The notes under the pieces: generated by a model
The model's database searches: none
What the model saw: the letters and a program-made list of their open reading frames with translations, nothing else
What the model was told of the DNA's origin: nothing
Assembly (NCBI RefSeq): GCF_006345805.1
Contig: NC_043003.1
Location: forward strand, 63,426,001 to 63,490,000
Reading direction: 5' to 3'
Source: Octopus sinensis
Lineage: Eukaryota
Length of the DNA stretch: 64,000 nucleotides
Shown: piece by piece, positions 48,861 to 62,085 of the stretch
Layout of the letters: each line of letters starts with the position of its first letter
How positions within the stretch are numbered: position 1 is the stretch's first letter
Position numbers and translations under genes: made by a program

Positions 48861-49836
48861 TAATCAGTAAATAACTTCTATAGGGCCCAATGCATTGATT
48901 TACCTAAGGGACTCAATGCTGTATGGACCCAATTCTGATTTATGTATGTTATGGTTTGTTGTTGATAAATAACTTCTTTAAGGCCCAATGCATTGGTTTA
49001 CCTGAGGGTTTCAACGGTCTAGAGTAAAACTTAATAACATATCCTTTTGTCATTTATCTTCTACTTGTTTCAGTCATTCGAGCACCATGCTGAAAAATTT
49101 TAGTTGGATGACTCGACTCCACTATTTATATCTTTTTAAGCCTGGTACTCATTTTCTTGGTCTCCTTTGCCATGCTGTTAAGTTACAGGGATGTAAACAA
49201 ACCGACACCACCAGTAGTGGGGGACAAACACAGACCTCACTTGGAAACAGGTGAGGGTCAGTGACAGGAAAGGCATCCAGTCATAGAAAAATCTGTCTCA
49301 ACAAATTCCGTCCAACCCATGCAAGCATGGAAAAGTGAATGTTAAAACAAAGATGAAGGTATTTCGTTTGATCTGCTAATAACTTTTCCAATTCGCCACA
49401 ATATCATGATAATTCAACTATTATTTGTTTTTAATCTGGTTATACACAGTGAAAATCAAAGATTAAATCTGATTGAAGTCGCTTTATGTATAGCATAATA
49501 GTGTAAAGTTTATGTGTTTGTACTTCAGCACGGTTGCACATTTTGCAACAATGCCAACACAGAGCTCTGATTTCTTGATAGGAAAAATAATTCTGGCTTT
49601 TTTTTTTAACTGGTTTTCCTTTATAGGCACAGGGTTAGATGTTTGAGTAAGTGGGTGGGATGTGGTCAACTGAAAGAAACCAGTTCTTAATAGGTAGGAG
49701 GCTGTTTCCAAACCATGTGGTCTTTGGTTCAGTCACACAAGCACAACTTCTTGGACAGGTGCCTTCTAAAATGGCCCGGGACACCAACCAAACCCTTGTT
49801 GGGAGACTTGATAGAAGAAAACTAAAAGAGGCTCAT

Positions 49837-49920
<84 letters not shown>

Positions 49921-49982
49921 CATAGATAGATAGATACATACATACACATATAAATACACAGATTGAGATATATATATATATT

Positions 49983-50383
49983 CTTTTACTCTTTTACTTG
50001 TTTCAGTCATTTGACTGTGGCCATGCTGGAGCACCGCCTTGAGTCGAGCAAATCGACCCCAGGACTTATTCTTTGTAAGCCTAGTACTTATTCTATCGGT
50101 CCCTTTTGCCGAACCGCTAAGTGACGGGGACGTAAACACACCAGCATCGGTTGTCAAGCAATGCTAAGGGGACAAACACAGACACACAAACATACACACA
50201 CATATATATATACATATATACGACGGGCTTCTTTCAGTTTCCGTCTACCAAATCCACTCACAAGGCTTTGGTCGGCCCGAGGCTATAGTAGAAGACACTT
50301 GCCCAAGATGCCACGCAGTGGGACTGAACCCGGAACCATGTGGTTGGTAAGCAAGCTACTTACCACACAGCCACTCCTTCGCC
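49983..50383 (-). mobile_element. SINE family B, full length
   Basis: Nearly identical to 14889-15287. Confidence 0.9.
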
Positions 50384-50726
50384 TATACATATACATATAT
50401 ATATATATATATATACATGTTAATATATATATATATATATTGAGTGTATATATTGCAACCTTTTCAATAGTCAAGACTACTGAAAAGGTTGGAAGATGCA
50501 ATGAAAATTTTAGAAAAATGAAAATAAGAAATAAGTGGAAATTTTACCGGTGAGTGTGTTAAATTATAAGGTACAAAAAGAAAATGACTCTCCCCAGACA
50601 CAACAGAATATGCTTCAATGCACAAACTCATATAAAGAATCTTGCAAACCAAATCCAAAAACGAAACTCTATACATACACACACGCATTATATATATATA
50701 TATATATACATACACACACACATTAT

Positions 50727-52330
50727 ATGTTGACCCAACAGAGGGACCAGCTATCCGAGTTGATAGTTCCGTGGTAGCTAAGGCAATTAGAAGCATGAAG
50801 ACAGGGAAAGCCCCAGGCCCATCAGGAATTACTGCAGAGATGCTCAAAATATCTGGTAGTGTCGGCTATAGCATAGTCACCCGTATAGTTAACCAGGTGA
50901 TACACGAAGGAGTCATACCCAATGGACTTGTAGCAGCATAATAGTCAACTGCTACAAAGGTAAAGGCGATGCCCTAGATACAAATAACTACAGGGGCATC
51001 AAGCTGTTGGATCAGGTAATGAAGGTTACGGAGAGGGTTATAGCCCAGTTAATTAGAGAGAGAGTTAGCTTAGATGATATGCAGTTTGGGTTCGTGCCAG
51101 GGAAAAGTACTACTGATGCTATATTCCTGGTAAGACAGCTGCAGGAGAAATACCTAGCCAAAGGTAAGCCCTTGTACCTGGCTTTTGTTGACTTAGAGAA
51201 AGCCTTTGACAGGGTCCCCCGATCCCTTATCTGGTGGTCAATGAGGAAACTAGGGATAGATGAATGGTTAGTGAGAGCTGTGCGAGCCATGTACAGAGAC
51301 GCAGCTAGTAAGGTGAGGGTTGGCAACGAGTACAGTGAAGAATTCCGGGTAGAGGTTGGGGTCCACCAAGGTTCAGTCCTCAGCCCCCTCCTATTTATCA
51401 TAGTCCTCCAGGCAATAACGGAAGAATTTAAGACAGGATGCCCCTGGGAGCTCCTATATGCTGATGACCTGCTCTAATTGCTGAGTCACTATCAGAAACT
51501 GGAGGAGAAGTTTCAGGTGTAGAAACAAGGATTAGAATCGAAGGGCCTTAGAATCAACCTAGCCAAAACCGAAGTCCTAATAAGTAGGAAGGTGGACCAA
51601 CCACAAACGACTTCAGGTAGATGGCCCTGCTCGATCTGTAAAAAAGGTGTAGGTAGAAACTCTATAAGGTGCACCAAGTGTAAGCTATGGACACATAAGA
51701 GGTGCAGCAATGTCAAAGGAAGGCTAACTAAGAAAATAGTTTTTGTCTGTGGCAGATGCTCAGGAGAAATAAACACTGGAAATGTGCAGAGTCCAACTTC
51801 TACCACGTTCCAGGGAGACAAACTAGAAGTAGTTGATAGCTTCCGCTACCTAGGAGACCAAGTCAGTAGCGGGGGTGGGTGTGCTGAAAGTGTAACTGCT
51901 AGAGTAAGAATAGCCTGGGCAAAGTTTAGAGAGCTCTTACCCCTGCTGGACACAAAAGGTCTCTCGCTAAGAGTAAAAGGCAGACTATATGATGCGTGTG
52001 TACGTACAGCCATGCTACATGGTAGTGAAACATGGGCCGTGACAGCTGAGGATATGCGTAAGCTTGCAAGAAATGAAGCCAGTATGCTCCGATGGATGTG
52101 TAATGTCAGTGTTCATAATCGTCAGAGTGTGTAAGTATTGAGAGAAAAGTTGAACCTAAGAAGTGTCAGTTGTGGTGTGCAAGAGAGCTGCTGCGCTGGT
52201 ATGGTCATGTGACGAGAATGGCTGAAGATAGTTGTGTGCAAAAGTGCTACAACCTAGCAGTTGAGGGAACCTGTGGAAGAGGTAGACCCAGGAAAACCTG
52301 GGACGAGGTGGTGAAGCACGACCTTCGAAC
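50727..52330 (+). pseudogene. RTE reverse transcriptase ORF2 remnant with several frameshifts
   Basis: ORF pieces 50642-50941, 51007-51477 and 51592-52134 are collinear parts of one ORF. Confidence 0.9.
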
Positions 52331-52389
52331 TTAGGTCTCACCAAGGAAATGACTGAAGACCGAGTCCTATGGAAGTGTGCTGTGCATGA

Positions 52390-54680
52390 GAGGACCGGCA
52401 GGACTAGTCAGGCCATATCCGTGGCCCCTACCTGGGACGTAGTCGATCCACCTGTGCATACCTTCCTTCTTGTGACACTTGTGAAGACCTGCTGAGGCAA
52501 GTGAAAATCAATCAAAATAGATGAACATCAATGGAATTTGTATCTTTGTGGTACCAGTGCCTGTGGCACACAAGAAAACCATCCGAACGTGGCCGTAGCC
52601 AGTACCGCATCGACTGGCCTCCGTGCTGTGGGAACATGGTGGCACATAAAAACACCATCCGAAGACCCGGCAAGATAGTCAGGTCATAACCCGTGGGCCT
52701 ACCTGGGACGTAGTCAGTCCACTGTACATACCTTCCGACTTGTGAAGACCTGCTGAGGCAAGTGAAAATCAAAATCAAAATCAAAACAAATCAAAATAGA
52801 TGAACATCAATGGATTTGTATCCTTGTGGTACCAGTGCCAGTGGCACACAAGAATCCATCCGAACGTGGCCGTAGTCAGTACCGCTTGTGGTACCAGTGC
52901 CGGTGGCACACAAGAATCCATCCGAACGTGGCCGTAGTCAGTACCGCTTGTGGTACCAGTGCCGGTGGCACACAAGAATCCATCCGATCGTGGCCGTAGT
53001 CAGTACCGCATCACTGGCCATCGTGCTGTGGGCACATAACAAACACCATCCGGTCGTGGCCGTTCGCCAGCCTCATCTAGCACCTGTGTCGGTGGCACAT
53101 AAAAACACCTTCCGAAGACCCGGCAAGACTAGTCAGGCCATAAACCATGGCCCCTACCTGGGACGTAGTCAGTCCACCTGTGCATACCCTCCCCTTGTGA
53201 TACTTGTGAAGGCCTGTTGAGGCAAGTGAAAATCAAAGGCCTGTTGAGGCAAGTGAAAATCAAAATCAAAATCAAATCAAAACAAATCAAAATAGATGAA
53301 CATCAATGGAATTTGTATCTTTGTGGTACCAGTGCCGGTGGCACACAAGAGAAAACCATCCGAAAGTGGCCGTAGCCAGTACCGCATCGACTGGCCTCCG
53401 TTCTGTGGGCACATGACAAACACCATCCGATCGTGGCCGTTCGCCAGCCTCATCTAGCACCTGTGTCGGTGGCACATAAAAACACCATCCGAAGACCCGG
53501 CAAGACTAGTCAGGCCATAACCCATGGCCCCTACCTGGGACGTAGTCAGTCCACCTGTGCATACCTTCCTTCTTGTGGACACTTGTGAAGACCTGTTGAG
53601 GCAAGTGAAAATCAAATCAAAAAAAACAAAATAGATGAACATCAATGGAATCTGTATCTTTGTGGTACCAGTGCCGGTGGCACACATGAGAACCATCCGA
53701 ACGTGGCCGTAGCCAGTTCCGCATCGACCGGCCTCGTGCTGTGGGCACGTAACAAACACCATCCGATCATGGCCGTTCGCCAGCCTCATCTGGCACCTGT
53801 GTCGGTGGCACATAAAAACACCTTCCGAAGACCGGCAAGACTAGTCAGCCACCTGTGCATACCTTCCTTCTTCTTGTGACACTTGTGAAGACCGGTTGAG
53901 GCAAGTGAAAATCAAATCAAAATAGACAAAATAGATGAACATCAATGGAATTTGTATCTTGTGGTACCAGTGCCTGTGGCACACAAGAAATCCATCAGTG
54001 CCGTAGTCAGTGCGGTGGGCACATGACAAACACCATCCGATCGTGGCCGTTCACCAGCCTCATCTAGCACCTGTGTCGGTGGCACATAAAAACACCATCC
54101 GAAGACCCGCAAGACTAGTCAGGCCATAACCCATGGCCCCTACCTGGGACGTAGTCAGTCCACCTGTGCATACCTTCCTTCTTGTGACACTTGTGAAGAC
54201 CTGTTGAGGCAAGTGAAAATCAAATCAAAACAAATCAAAATAGATGAACATCAATGGAATTTGTATCTTTGTGGTACCAGTGCCGGTGGCACGTGGCACA
54301 TAAGAAAAACATCCGAACGTGGCCGTAGCCAGTACCCATCGACTGGCCTCCGTGCTGTGGGCACATAACAAGCACCATCCGATCGTGGCCGTTTGCCAGC
54401 CTCATCTGGCACCTGTGTCGGTGGCACATAAAAACACCATCCGAGCGTGGCCGTCTGCCAGCCTCGTCTGGCACCTGTGTCGGTGGCACATAAAAACACC
54501 ATCCGAGCGTGGCCGTCTGCCAGCCTCGTCTGGCACCTGTGTCGGTGGCACATAAAAACACCATCCGAGCGTGGCCGTCTGCCAGCCTCGTCTGGCACCT
54601 GTGTCGGTGGCACATAAAAACACCATCCGAGCGTGGCCGTTTGTCAGCCTCGTCTGGCACCTGTGTCGGTGGCACATAAA
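52390..54680 (+). repeat. Nested tandem duplications in the RTE 3' UTR (260-460-bp units plus a 62-bp unit)
   Basis: The marker GAGGCAAGTGAAAATCA recurs at about 52494, 52756, 53219, 53247, 53599, 53898 and 54206. GTGGCACATAAAAA recurs at 54421, 54483, 54545, 54607 and 54669. Confidence 0.9.
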
Positions 54681-54903
54681 ATCACCCACTACACTCTCGG
54701 AGTGGTTGGCGTTAGGAAGGGCATCCAGCTGTAGAAACACTGCCAGATCTGACTGGACTGGTGCAGCTTTCGGGCTCCCCAGACCCCAGTTGAACCGTCC
54801 AACCCATGCTAGCATGGAAAGCGGACGTTAAATGATGATGATGATGATGATGATGATGATATATATATATATATATTATATATATATACATACATATATA
54901 TAC

Positions 54904-54949
<46 letters not shown>

Positions 54950-54951
<2 letters not shown>

Positions 54952-55330
54952 AGGCACAATGGCTCAGCGGTGAGGGCAGGAGACTTGCAGTCATGGGATA
55001 ACGGTTTCAATTCCCAAACCGGGCGTTTGAGTATTTATTGAGGGAAAACACTTAAAGCTCTCCAAGGCTCCACCAAGGAGTGGTGGTGAACCCTGCTGTA
55101 CTCTATCATCACCACTTTCTCTCACTCTTTTTTCCTGTTTCTGTTGTACCTGTATTTCAAAGGGCCAGCCTTCTCACACTCTGTGTCATGCTGAATCTCC
55201 CCAAGAACTACATTAAGGGCACACGTATCTATGGAGTGCTCAGCCACTTGTATGTTAACTTCACAAGCAGGCTGTTTCATTGATCAGATCAACTGGAACC
55301 CTCATTGTCATAACCGATGGAGTTCTACGA
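54950..55330 (+). mobile_element. tRNA-headed SINE-like element joined to an inverted family C body
   Basis: TGGCTCAGCGG A-box and GGTTTCAATTCC B-box. 55170-55330 is the reverse complement of 31025-31190. Confidence 0.6.
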
Positions 55331-55629
55331 CAACAATGTGTGTGTGTCTGTTTATACATATCACCCATGTCTCCAAACACTCCCTTCATTCCAGTCAATT
55401 CAAAATGTGAGGCCATCAATCCTGACACATTTTTTTCCCTCTCCATCGGTTTCCTTTCCTCATTTCTTTCTGTAGAAGAGCATAGGCATGAAACATCGAA
55501 GATTTCTTCTATTTTTCCTGAGCGTCAAACTGATGCACCTTCTTTGTTGTTCCCCACCCTGTCTCCATCTCTATCCTTTGCTTTTTATTTTTTGTGTAAT
55601 TTTGAACCATCTATCTACCTATCTATCTA

Positions 55630-55689
<60 letters not shown>

Positions 55690-55910
55690 CTGTGAAATAT
55701 ATATATATACCCTCTGTCTGGTTCCCGTGCCAGTAGCATGTAAAAAGCACCATCCAAACGTGGCGGATGCCAGTACACCCTGACTGGCCCCCATGCCAGC
55801 ATGGAAAATGGACATTAAACTGATGATATGATGATAATGATATATACATGTATGTATGTATGTATGTATGTATGTATGTATGTATGTATGTATGTATGTA
55901 TGTATGTATG

Positions 55911-55974
<64 letters not shown>

Positions 55975-56709
55975 CATACACACATACATATGATAGGCTT
56001 AAAAACCAAATCGACTAACAAGACTTTGGTGAACCTGCAACTAAGGCAAGAGACACTGCCCAAGGTGCCACGCACTGGTACTGAACCGAAAACCAGTGCA
56101 TGGGAAGCAGACTGCTGAACCACATCACCCCAACAGCCATGCCTTCACCTATCAAAAGGCTTTACATAACTGTCTTTGAATAACAGAATAAAATTCCTCA
56201 AACGATACCACATCCAAACAATACCTTAATAACACATAACTTCATAGAACTCTCAGTAGATACAAATAGTACATAATGCTCTATTGTAATCTACGAAATA
56301 GTATCTAGTGTCCATTGATGCAACAGTATAATGCTCCCTATGAGGCACAATGCCAATTGTTAAAGCTGGGATATTAAGTTGACAAGACTGACATTAGTAT
56401 AATAATAATTTCGATATCATTTCAAAGTTATTCAGTTATAAAAGTTCGGTGTTATGCTAGATCAACTCAGTTCATTAGCTTTTGTGTGAATTAAACTATG
56501 GTTTTCTTGCTAGAGATTAATAATGATTTCGTAATTAACCGGAAGGGGGATAGCTAATTTAAGTCACCCATGCATACTGTTTGTTCAAGATTAATAACGA
56601 TTTCTTAATTAAACAGATGGGGCATGGTTAATTTGAAGAAATCAAGCATATTGTAGGTAATAATGTGTATATTATTTTCGAGTTTTATGAATGTCCTTGG
56701 CTGAAATGT

Positions 56710-56712
56710 ACA

Positions 56713-56744
<32 letters not shown>

Positions 56745-56765
56745 CATACATACATATACATACAA

Positions 56766-56845
<80 letters not shown>

Positions 56846-56995
56846 GCATGCATACATACATTCATGCGTGTGTATAAATATATATATATATACACACATA
56901 TATACATATGCATGCATATATATATATATATATACATATGCACATATGTTCATAGAATATATATATATATGCATGTATCTATGTATGTATATGTA

Positions 56996-57066
<71 letters not shown>

Positions 57067-57294
57067 TATACACATTATATGCACCTATGTATGCACATAC
57101 ATACATATCTATCTATCTATCTCTCTCTCAATATATATATATACACACACATACATAAATATATATATACATGCATGTATATACACATATGTATATTTTA
57201 CAAACACACACAAACACAAACGCACATATTATATACATACACATATATACATGTTTATATCATTACATATGCATATGTGTGTGTGTATACACAC

Positions 57295-57325
<31 letters not shown>

Positions 57326-57690
57326 TACATATACACACACACATACATACACATACATACACACATACACATACATAAATGCATACATGCATGAATACAT
57401 ACATACATACATACACACATACACACACACATATACACACACACATACATACACACACATACATACACACATACACATACATAAATGCATACATGCATAC
57501 ATACATACATACATACATACATACATACATACATACACACATACACACACACATACATATACACACACACATACATACACACACATACATACACACATAC
57601 ACATACATAAATGCATACATGCATGCATACATACATACATACATACATACATACATACATACATACATACATACATACACATACACATAT
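56710..57690. repeat. About 1-kb compound (TA)/(TACA)/(CA) microsatellite
   Basis: Directly visible in the sequence. Confidence 0.95.
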
Positions 57691-57829
57691 ATTTACTTAA
57701 GAACAGGGTGTTTGGACTAAATTTAACAATTTACATGAAAGGAAACGAAAACACAATACCTCATCCAAAAAAGAAAAGTATTAAAAAGATAAAAGAATTT
57801 GAAGTAGATTATGGCTGGGAGATAACAGT

Positions 57830-58310
57830 TTACCCAAAGTAGCCACCCTCAGCCCTCACCATGGCTTCTGAAACCTGGTGTATGCAATTCATCATGGTAT
57901 CTCTGTGAAAATCTTCAAACACCCCTTTGATCTTGGTGTCTTTCTTAGTTGTGCCCTACATATGGTAATCCTTGGAATTACAAGTAGGGAGATTTTAGGA
58001 GGCCAGAAATTGGGGCTGGCGACGTTGTAGAAATTCTCTGACAACTACTTCTGATTCTTTGTGGAGATATGCAAGGAGCTGAATCCTGCTACCACACACA
58101 TATGACATTCCAACAGTAACCCTCTCCAGCTAGGGTTTGGCCATAGTCTCTAGAAGCTTCTCATACCTGTCTGAACTGAGCCTTAGACCCTGTTCACTGA
58201 TGTGGGAGAATATGATGTCACCCTCACTGGAGACACACCCGAAGGACCATCACAGTTTGAAGGAACTTATGAGTTTTCATGATACTCGTGTCATGTCTTA
58301 CAGTCTTTAC
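57830..58310 (-). mobile_element. maT (DD37D-type) transposase catalytic-domain fragment
   Basis: TVMVFGCVSSEGD...YVW*QDSAPC...LSENFYNVASPNFWPP. Confidence 0.75.
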
Positions 58311-58399
58311 ATTGATCACATTGAGCAGCAATCATGATGTCAGCATTTTGATACTCAGTGGGAATCATCTGATGATACTGGTAATTCTTTTCCAATGTC

Positions 58400-58650
58400 C
58401 AGATGGTTTCAAGTCCTCCAACGATTTCATCTCAATCGAAGGAGAGGGGCTTTCTCCGTCCGGGTTGTGAATCCGTGGAATAAGCTGCTGGACGAGATAG
58501 TGAAGATGCCAACGACTACTCGGTTCAAAGTCTCTCTTGACCAGAAATGGCCTGAACCCTTTGCATGAACACCCTCCCTGTACATAACTCCATGTTCCCC
58601 TACATGGCCTTGCTTTTTGCTTTTTGAGCCAAAAAATTAACTTAACTATG
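58400..58650 (+). mobile_element. CR1 LINE 3' end
   Basis: RFHLNRRRGAFSVRVVNPWNKLLDEIV...FKVSLDQKW, ending in TTAACTTAACT. Confidence 0.8.
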
Positions 58651-58795
58651 TCAGCTGACTTTTTTTCAAAACACAGTTTTAAGCCTTATGCTCTCCAACG
58701 CCTTTGACTGTTCACCAATACATCAAGCTGTTGCTGAAAAAAAGGAGACATACAAGAAACGATCAAGTTTCACCTGAACACCTCTGTGTGTGTGC

Positions 58796-58851
<56 letters not shown>

Positions 58852-59218
58852 GCATTTCTATCTATTTATCCAAATTGATAGAAAGACAGATAGACAGACA
58901 GACAGACAGATACGCACACACACACACACATATAGATATATTTATATACTTTTGGGTTTAGCTATTAAAAATATTTTTAAGAGGTCTTGGGCCAACAAGT
59001 TTTGGGGATTGAACAATATGCCATAAAGCTAAACCCTTTATGGACAGGACACCTAAAGTAATCCCATAAACCTGCCTCCCTATTTTTAATATATTCTGCT
59101 CTACATCTTAAAGTGTGCTTCTTCTTTTGCATTTATGTTTTCTAGAATCGATATATATATAAACATATATATCATTATTATTGTTGTTGGGGTTATTATT
59201 ATTATTATTATTATTATT

Positions 59219-59772
59219 GAGTGAGCGAGCAGAGCATGCCATCAAAGTGACACTGGGGTAAAATATACAAAACCCAGTATACCCATCATGACTACCCATC
59301 TGATAAGGGTACACTAGGCACATGCATCACAACCATATGTGCGCGACATGGTGATCTCATATCAAGATAAACAGCACATGACCTTGCAGGTGGTGCCCAG
59401 TTAGAATTTTCTTCAGGTTGAGTAGCCCATCCCACTCAAAAGGTCCCTGAATAAGGGTTGTTTAAGGATGTTGAATGAAACACCCATGTTTCCAAAGGTG
59501 AATTATTCAAACCCCAAAGAATCCCTCTCAACACATGGCTATGATGCTCCCCCACTACTACTGCTCGTGATCAGAAATGCACATATCGTCAGCCACTAAG
59601 GGACATGCTCAACTGGTTATGGTCAAACAACTGACAAGCAAATCTGTGGTATTAAGCAGAATATTTGCTGTAGCCCATCTTTTATACCAAGACAAAACAA
59701 TGTACATGATAACACTTCCAATCAGTTAAGATGAGAAGCCATGAGAGCCACTGTCTGGTACTGCATCAGGGC

Positions 59773-59774
<2 letters not shown>
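59219..59774 (-). mobile_element. Non-coding ~560-bp element embedded in (TAA)n
   Basis: Flanked on both sides by (ATT)n tracts. No ORF or TIR. Confidence 0.55.
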
Positions 59775-59812
<38 letters not shown>

Positions 59813-59936
59813 GTTATTATTATTATTATGCTTAGAACTCAATATATATATGCTTCAGAAAAATGTGTTAGTCGAGCACCGAGTAAGAAATTAAATAAAT
59901 GACAAGAGAATAAGAAATTATATCATGAACTTCACT

Positions 59937-59997
59937 AGCTTACAGCTGTTTCCACTATAAGGTGCAATGCACTCATAACTATAGCTTCATCAGAGCT
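59937..59997 (-). ncRNA. Minimal type I hammerhead ribozyme candidate, canonical core
   Basis: AGCU-CUGAUGA-A-GCUAUAG...UUAUAGU-G-GAAAC-AGCU-GUA-AGCU. A distal stem I extension ACUUCA/UGAAGU spans 59929-60010. Confidence 0.65.
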
Positions 59998-60079
59998 TCA
60001 AACATGAAGTGCAGTTTTATTTTGGAAAGCATTTACATACATATGTATACACACACACACACTCACACACATATATGTA

Positions 60080-60907
60080 CAGGGGCTGGACAAAATAATG
60101 GAAAAACCTTAAAATTTCAAGCAAATTTATTTTAATATGGGGTAGGACCGCCTTTGACAGTAATTACAGCTTGAATTCTATGAGGTATGAACTCAAATAA
60201 AGTTTGAATTGTTTCCAAAGGAATTTTTGTCCCTTCTTCAGCTAAAACAGTCTCCAGTTCTTGTAGTGATGATGGTGGAGGACATTGACTCCTTACTTGT
60301 TTTTCTAAAATGCACCATAAATGTTCAATAATATTGAGATCTGGGGACTGTGGTGGCCAGATAAGAGGTTCAACTTCAATAGAATGTTCCTCATGCCATT
60401 CAGTAACGACTTTAGTTGTGTGAATTGGTGCCTTATCATCCTGAAAGAAACAGTTCTGCAAGCATAGGATTAATTTGATCAGATAAAATTCTTAAACAGT
60501 TTTGACTATTAATTCTGCCATGAAGGGAAACCATTGGGCTGGCGGATTTCCAACATATAGCACCCCCACCTCAGATCATCACAGATCCTCCTCAATGCTT
60601 AACAGTTGGAAGAAGGCAGTCTGGGTCAAATGCTTCTTTTGGCTGTCTCCACATGTATACTCGGCCAGTGGTCAGAAACAGGGTAAAGGATGACTCATCT
60701 GAGAAAATAACATTCTTCCACTGCTCTAGGGACCAATTTTGTAGGATTTTACTCCGCTCTAAACACTTTGCAATGTTTGTTTTTGAAAGTAGTGGTTTTC
60801 TGATTGCAGCCCTTCCATGAAATCTGGCTTCATGCAGCTCCTGGCAAACAGTTTTTGTGGAAACTGGGTTCTTAAGGTGGTCATTAAGCTCTGCAATAAT
60901 TTTGCGA
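60080..60907 (-). mobile_element. Second DD36E Tc1 copy, truncated at its 5' end
   Basis: TA+CAGGGGCTGGACAAAATAATGG TIR. VIFSDESSF, FQDDKAPIH and SPDLNIIEH show 36-residue spacing. It is highly similar to 8963-10203. Confidence 0.92.
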
Positions 60908-60926
60908 GTCCACACATGATTACTGG

Positions 60927-61778
60927 GTCCACACATGATTACTGTTGGGGCAGTTAGACTTCAACCAAGGCAAAACCTTATTCCACAGGATTTTGTAATA
61001 AAATTCAGTCTCAGCCTGTTCCCCAGACTTGAAAAAATGGAGAAGCATCATTTTCCATCACATGCTACGACTCTGAGCACCTTGACTTAAGCTAGATGCT
61101 TGGTCCTAAAGACGCCCTTTACTTCAAAAGGGGACTTAACAATCTATCAATCATTGTGATGGTTTAAAACAGCTTCAATGATAAAGATTTTTTCATCTGA
61201 AAAGATTTCGATAGTTTATCCATTGTGCTTCAGGTATCACTACACATTCTTAGCCCTTTCATGCTTTCTGGCTTTCATTGCATGGGCCAATAGGTGTCTC
61301 GGGGTCCTCATGTATGACCCCAACTGTAAATCAATGTGTACAGCAGTTCTGATGGACTTTGGATCAACTTTCATGTCCATGGACAATTTTCTCATGGATG
61401 TAGCAGGGTCTTTCGAAATTTTTGCTTTGAGATTTAAGAAATGCATTATCCTGTTTAATATTTATTCCTCTACTTCCTTGCTTTCTCTCAATGCCTCCCA
61501 TATCCAGCATTCAGTTCTTAATGTTGTAGACAGTGCTCACAGAGGCCCTAACAGTCTCAGCAATATGTCTAATTGCAAACTCAGCACAAAGAAAATCTGC
61601 AATGCATTATCTCTTGGCTTCTTGATGGACATGCTAGGTCATATGACAGGAAATTCTGCTTAAAGTAACTCTATATATCTCCACCCTGAAATAGAAAACA
61701 ATATTTTAGTATTTACACTCAGGAATATATGAAAAATAAAGCTTCCAAAATATTCCAAGTTTTGTTTCCCCACCTCGA
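60927..61778 (-). mobile_element. maT (DD37D-type) transposon 5' half
   Basis: KDPATSMRKLSMDMKVDPKSIRTAVHIDLQL.SY.RTPRHLL, an FSDEKIF-type motif, and KVLPWLK...NHVWTQ where it breaks off. Confidence 0.8.
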
Positions 61779-61789
61779 ATCATCATCAT

Positions 61790-62085
61790 CATTTAGCGTC
61801 CGTTTTCCATGCTAGCATGGGTTGGACGGTTCTACTGGGGTCTGTGAAGCCAGAAGGCTTCATCAGGCCCAGTCAAATCTGGCAGTGTTTCTACAGCTGG
61901 ATGCCCTTCCTAACGCCAACCACTCCGTGAGTGTAGTGGGTGCTTTTTACGTGCCACCCGCACTGGTGCCAGACAGAGCTGGCAAACGGCCATGAACGGA
62001 TGGTGCTTTTTATGTGCCACCGGCACGAGGGCCAGGCGAGGCTGGCAACGGACACGAAACGGGGCAGTGCTGGCAACGGTCGAGT
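61790..62085 (-). mobile_element. RTE 3' tail fragment
   Basis: Reverse complement of the sequence at 54600-54858. Confidence 0.85.

Larger units (their letters stand above)
48060..49025. repeat. Degenerate ~105-bp tandem repeat interrupted by a hAT MITE and a SINE
   Basis: Recurring TAAATAACTTCT..AGGGCCCAATGCATTGATTTACC units. A related block is present at 45655-45850. Confidence 0.7.
50727..54858 (+). mobile_element. 5'-truncated RTE LINE with expanded tandem-repetitive 3' UTR and (ATG)n tail
   Basis: RT motifs NYRGIKL, FGFVPGKSTTDAIF, LAFVDLEKAFDRVPR, GVHQGSVLSPLLF and LYADDL, a Cys/His finger WPCSICKKGVG...CTKCKLWTHKRC, and MLHGSETW. The tail is at 54832-54858. Confidence 0.95.

Noticed and set aside
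54375-54680. Regular 62-bp repeats, and the 340-bp array at 32 kb, as a CRISPR-like array
   Set aside because: No unique spacers and no cas genes, the context is eukaryotic, and the units belong to LINE 3' ends.
57830-61778. The two maT fragments as halves of one interrupted element
   Set aside because: Both contain the same VMV...PWL segment and differ in sequence, so they are separate copies.
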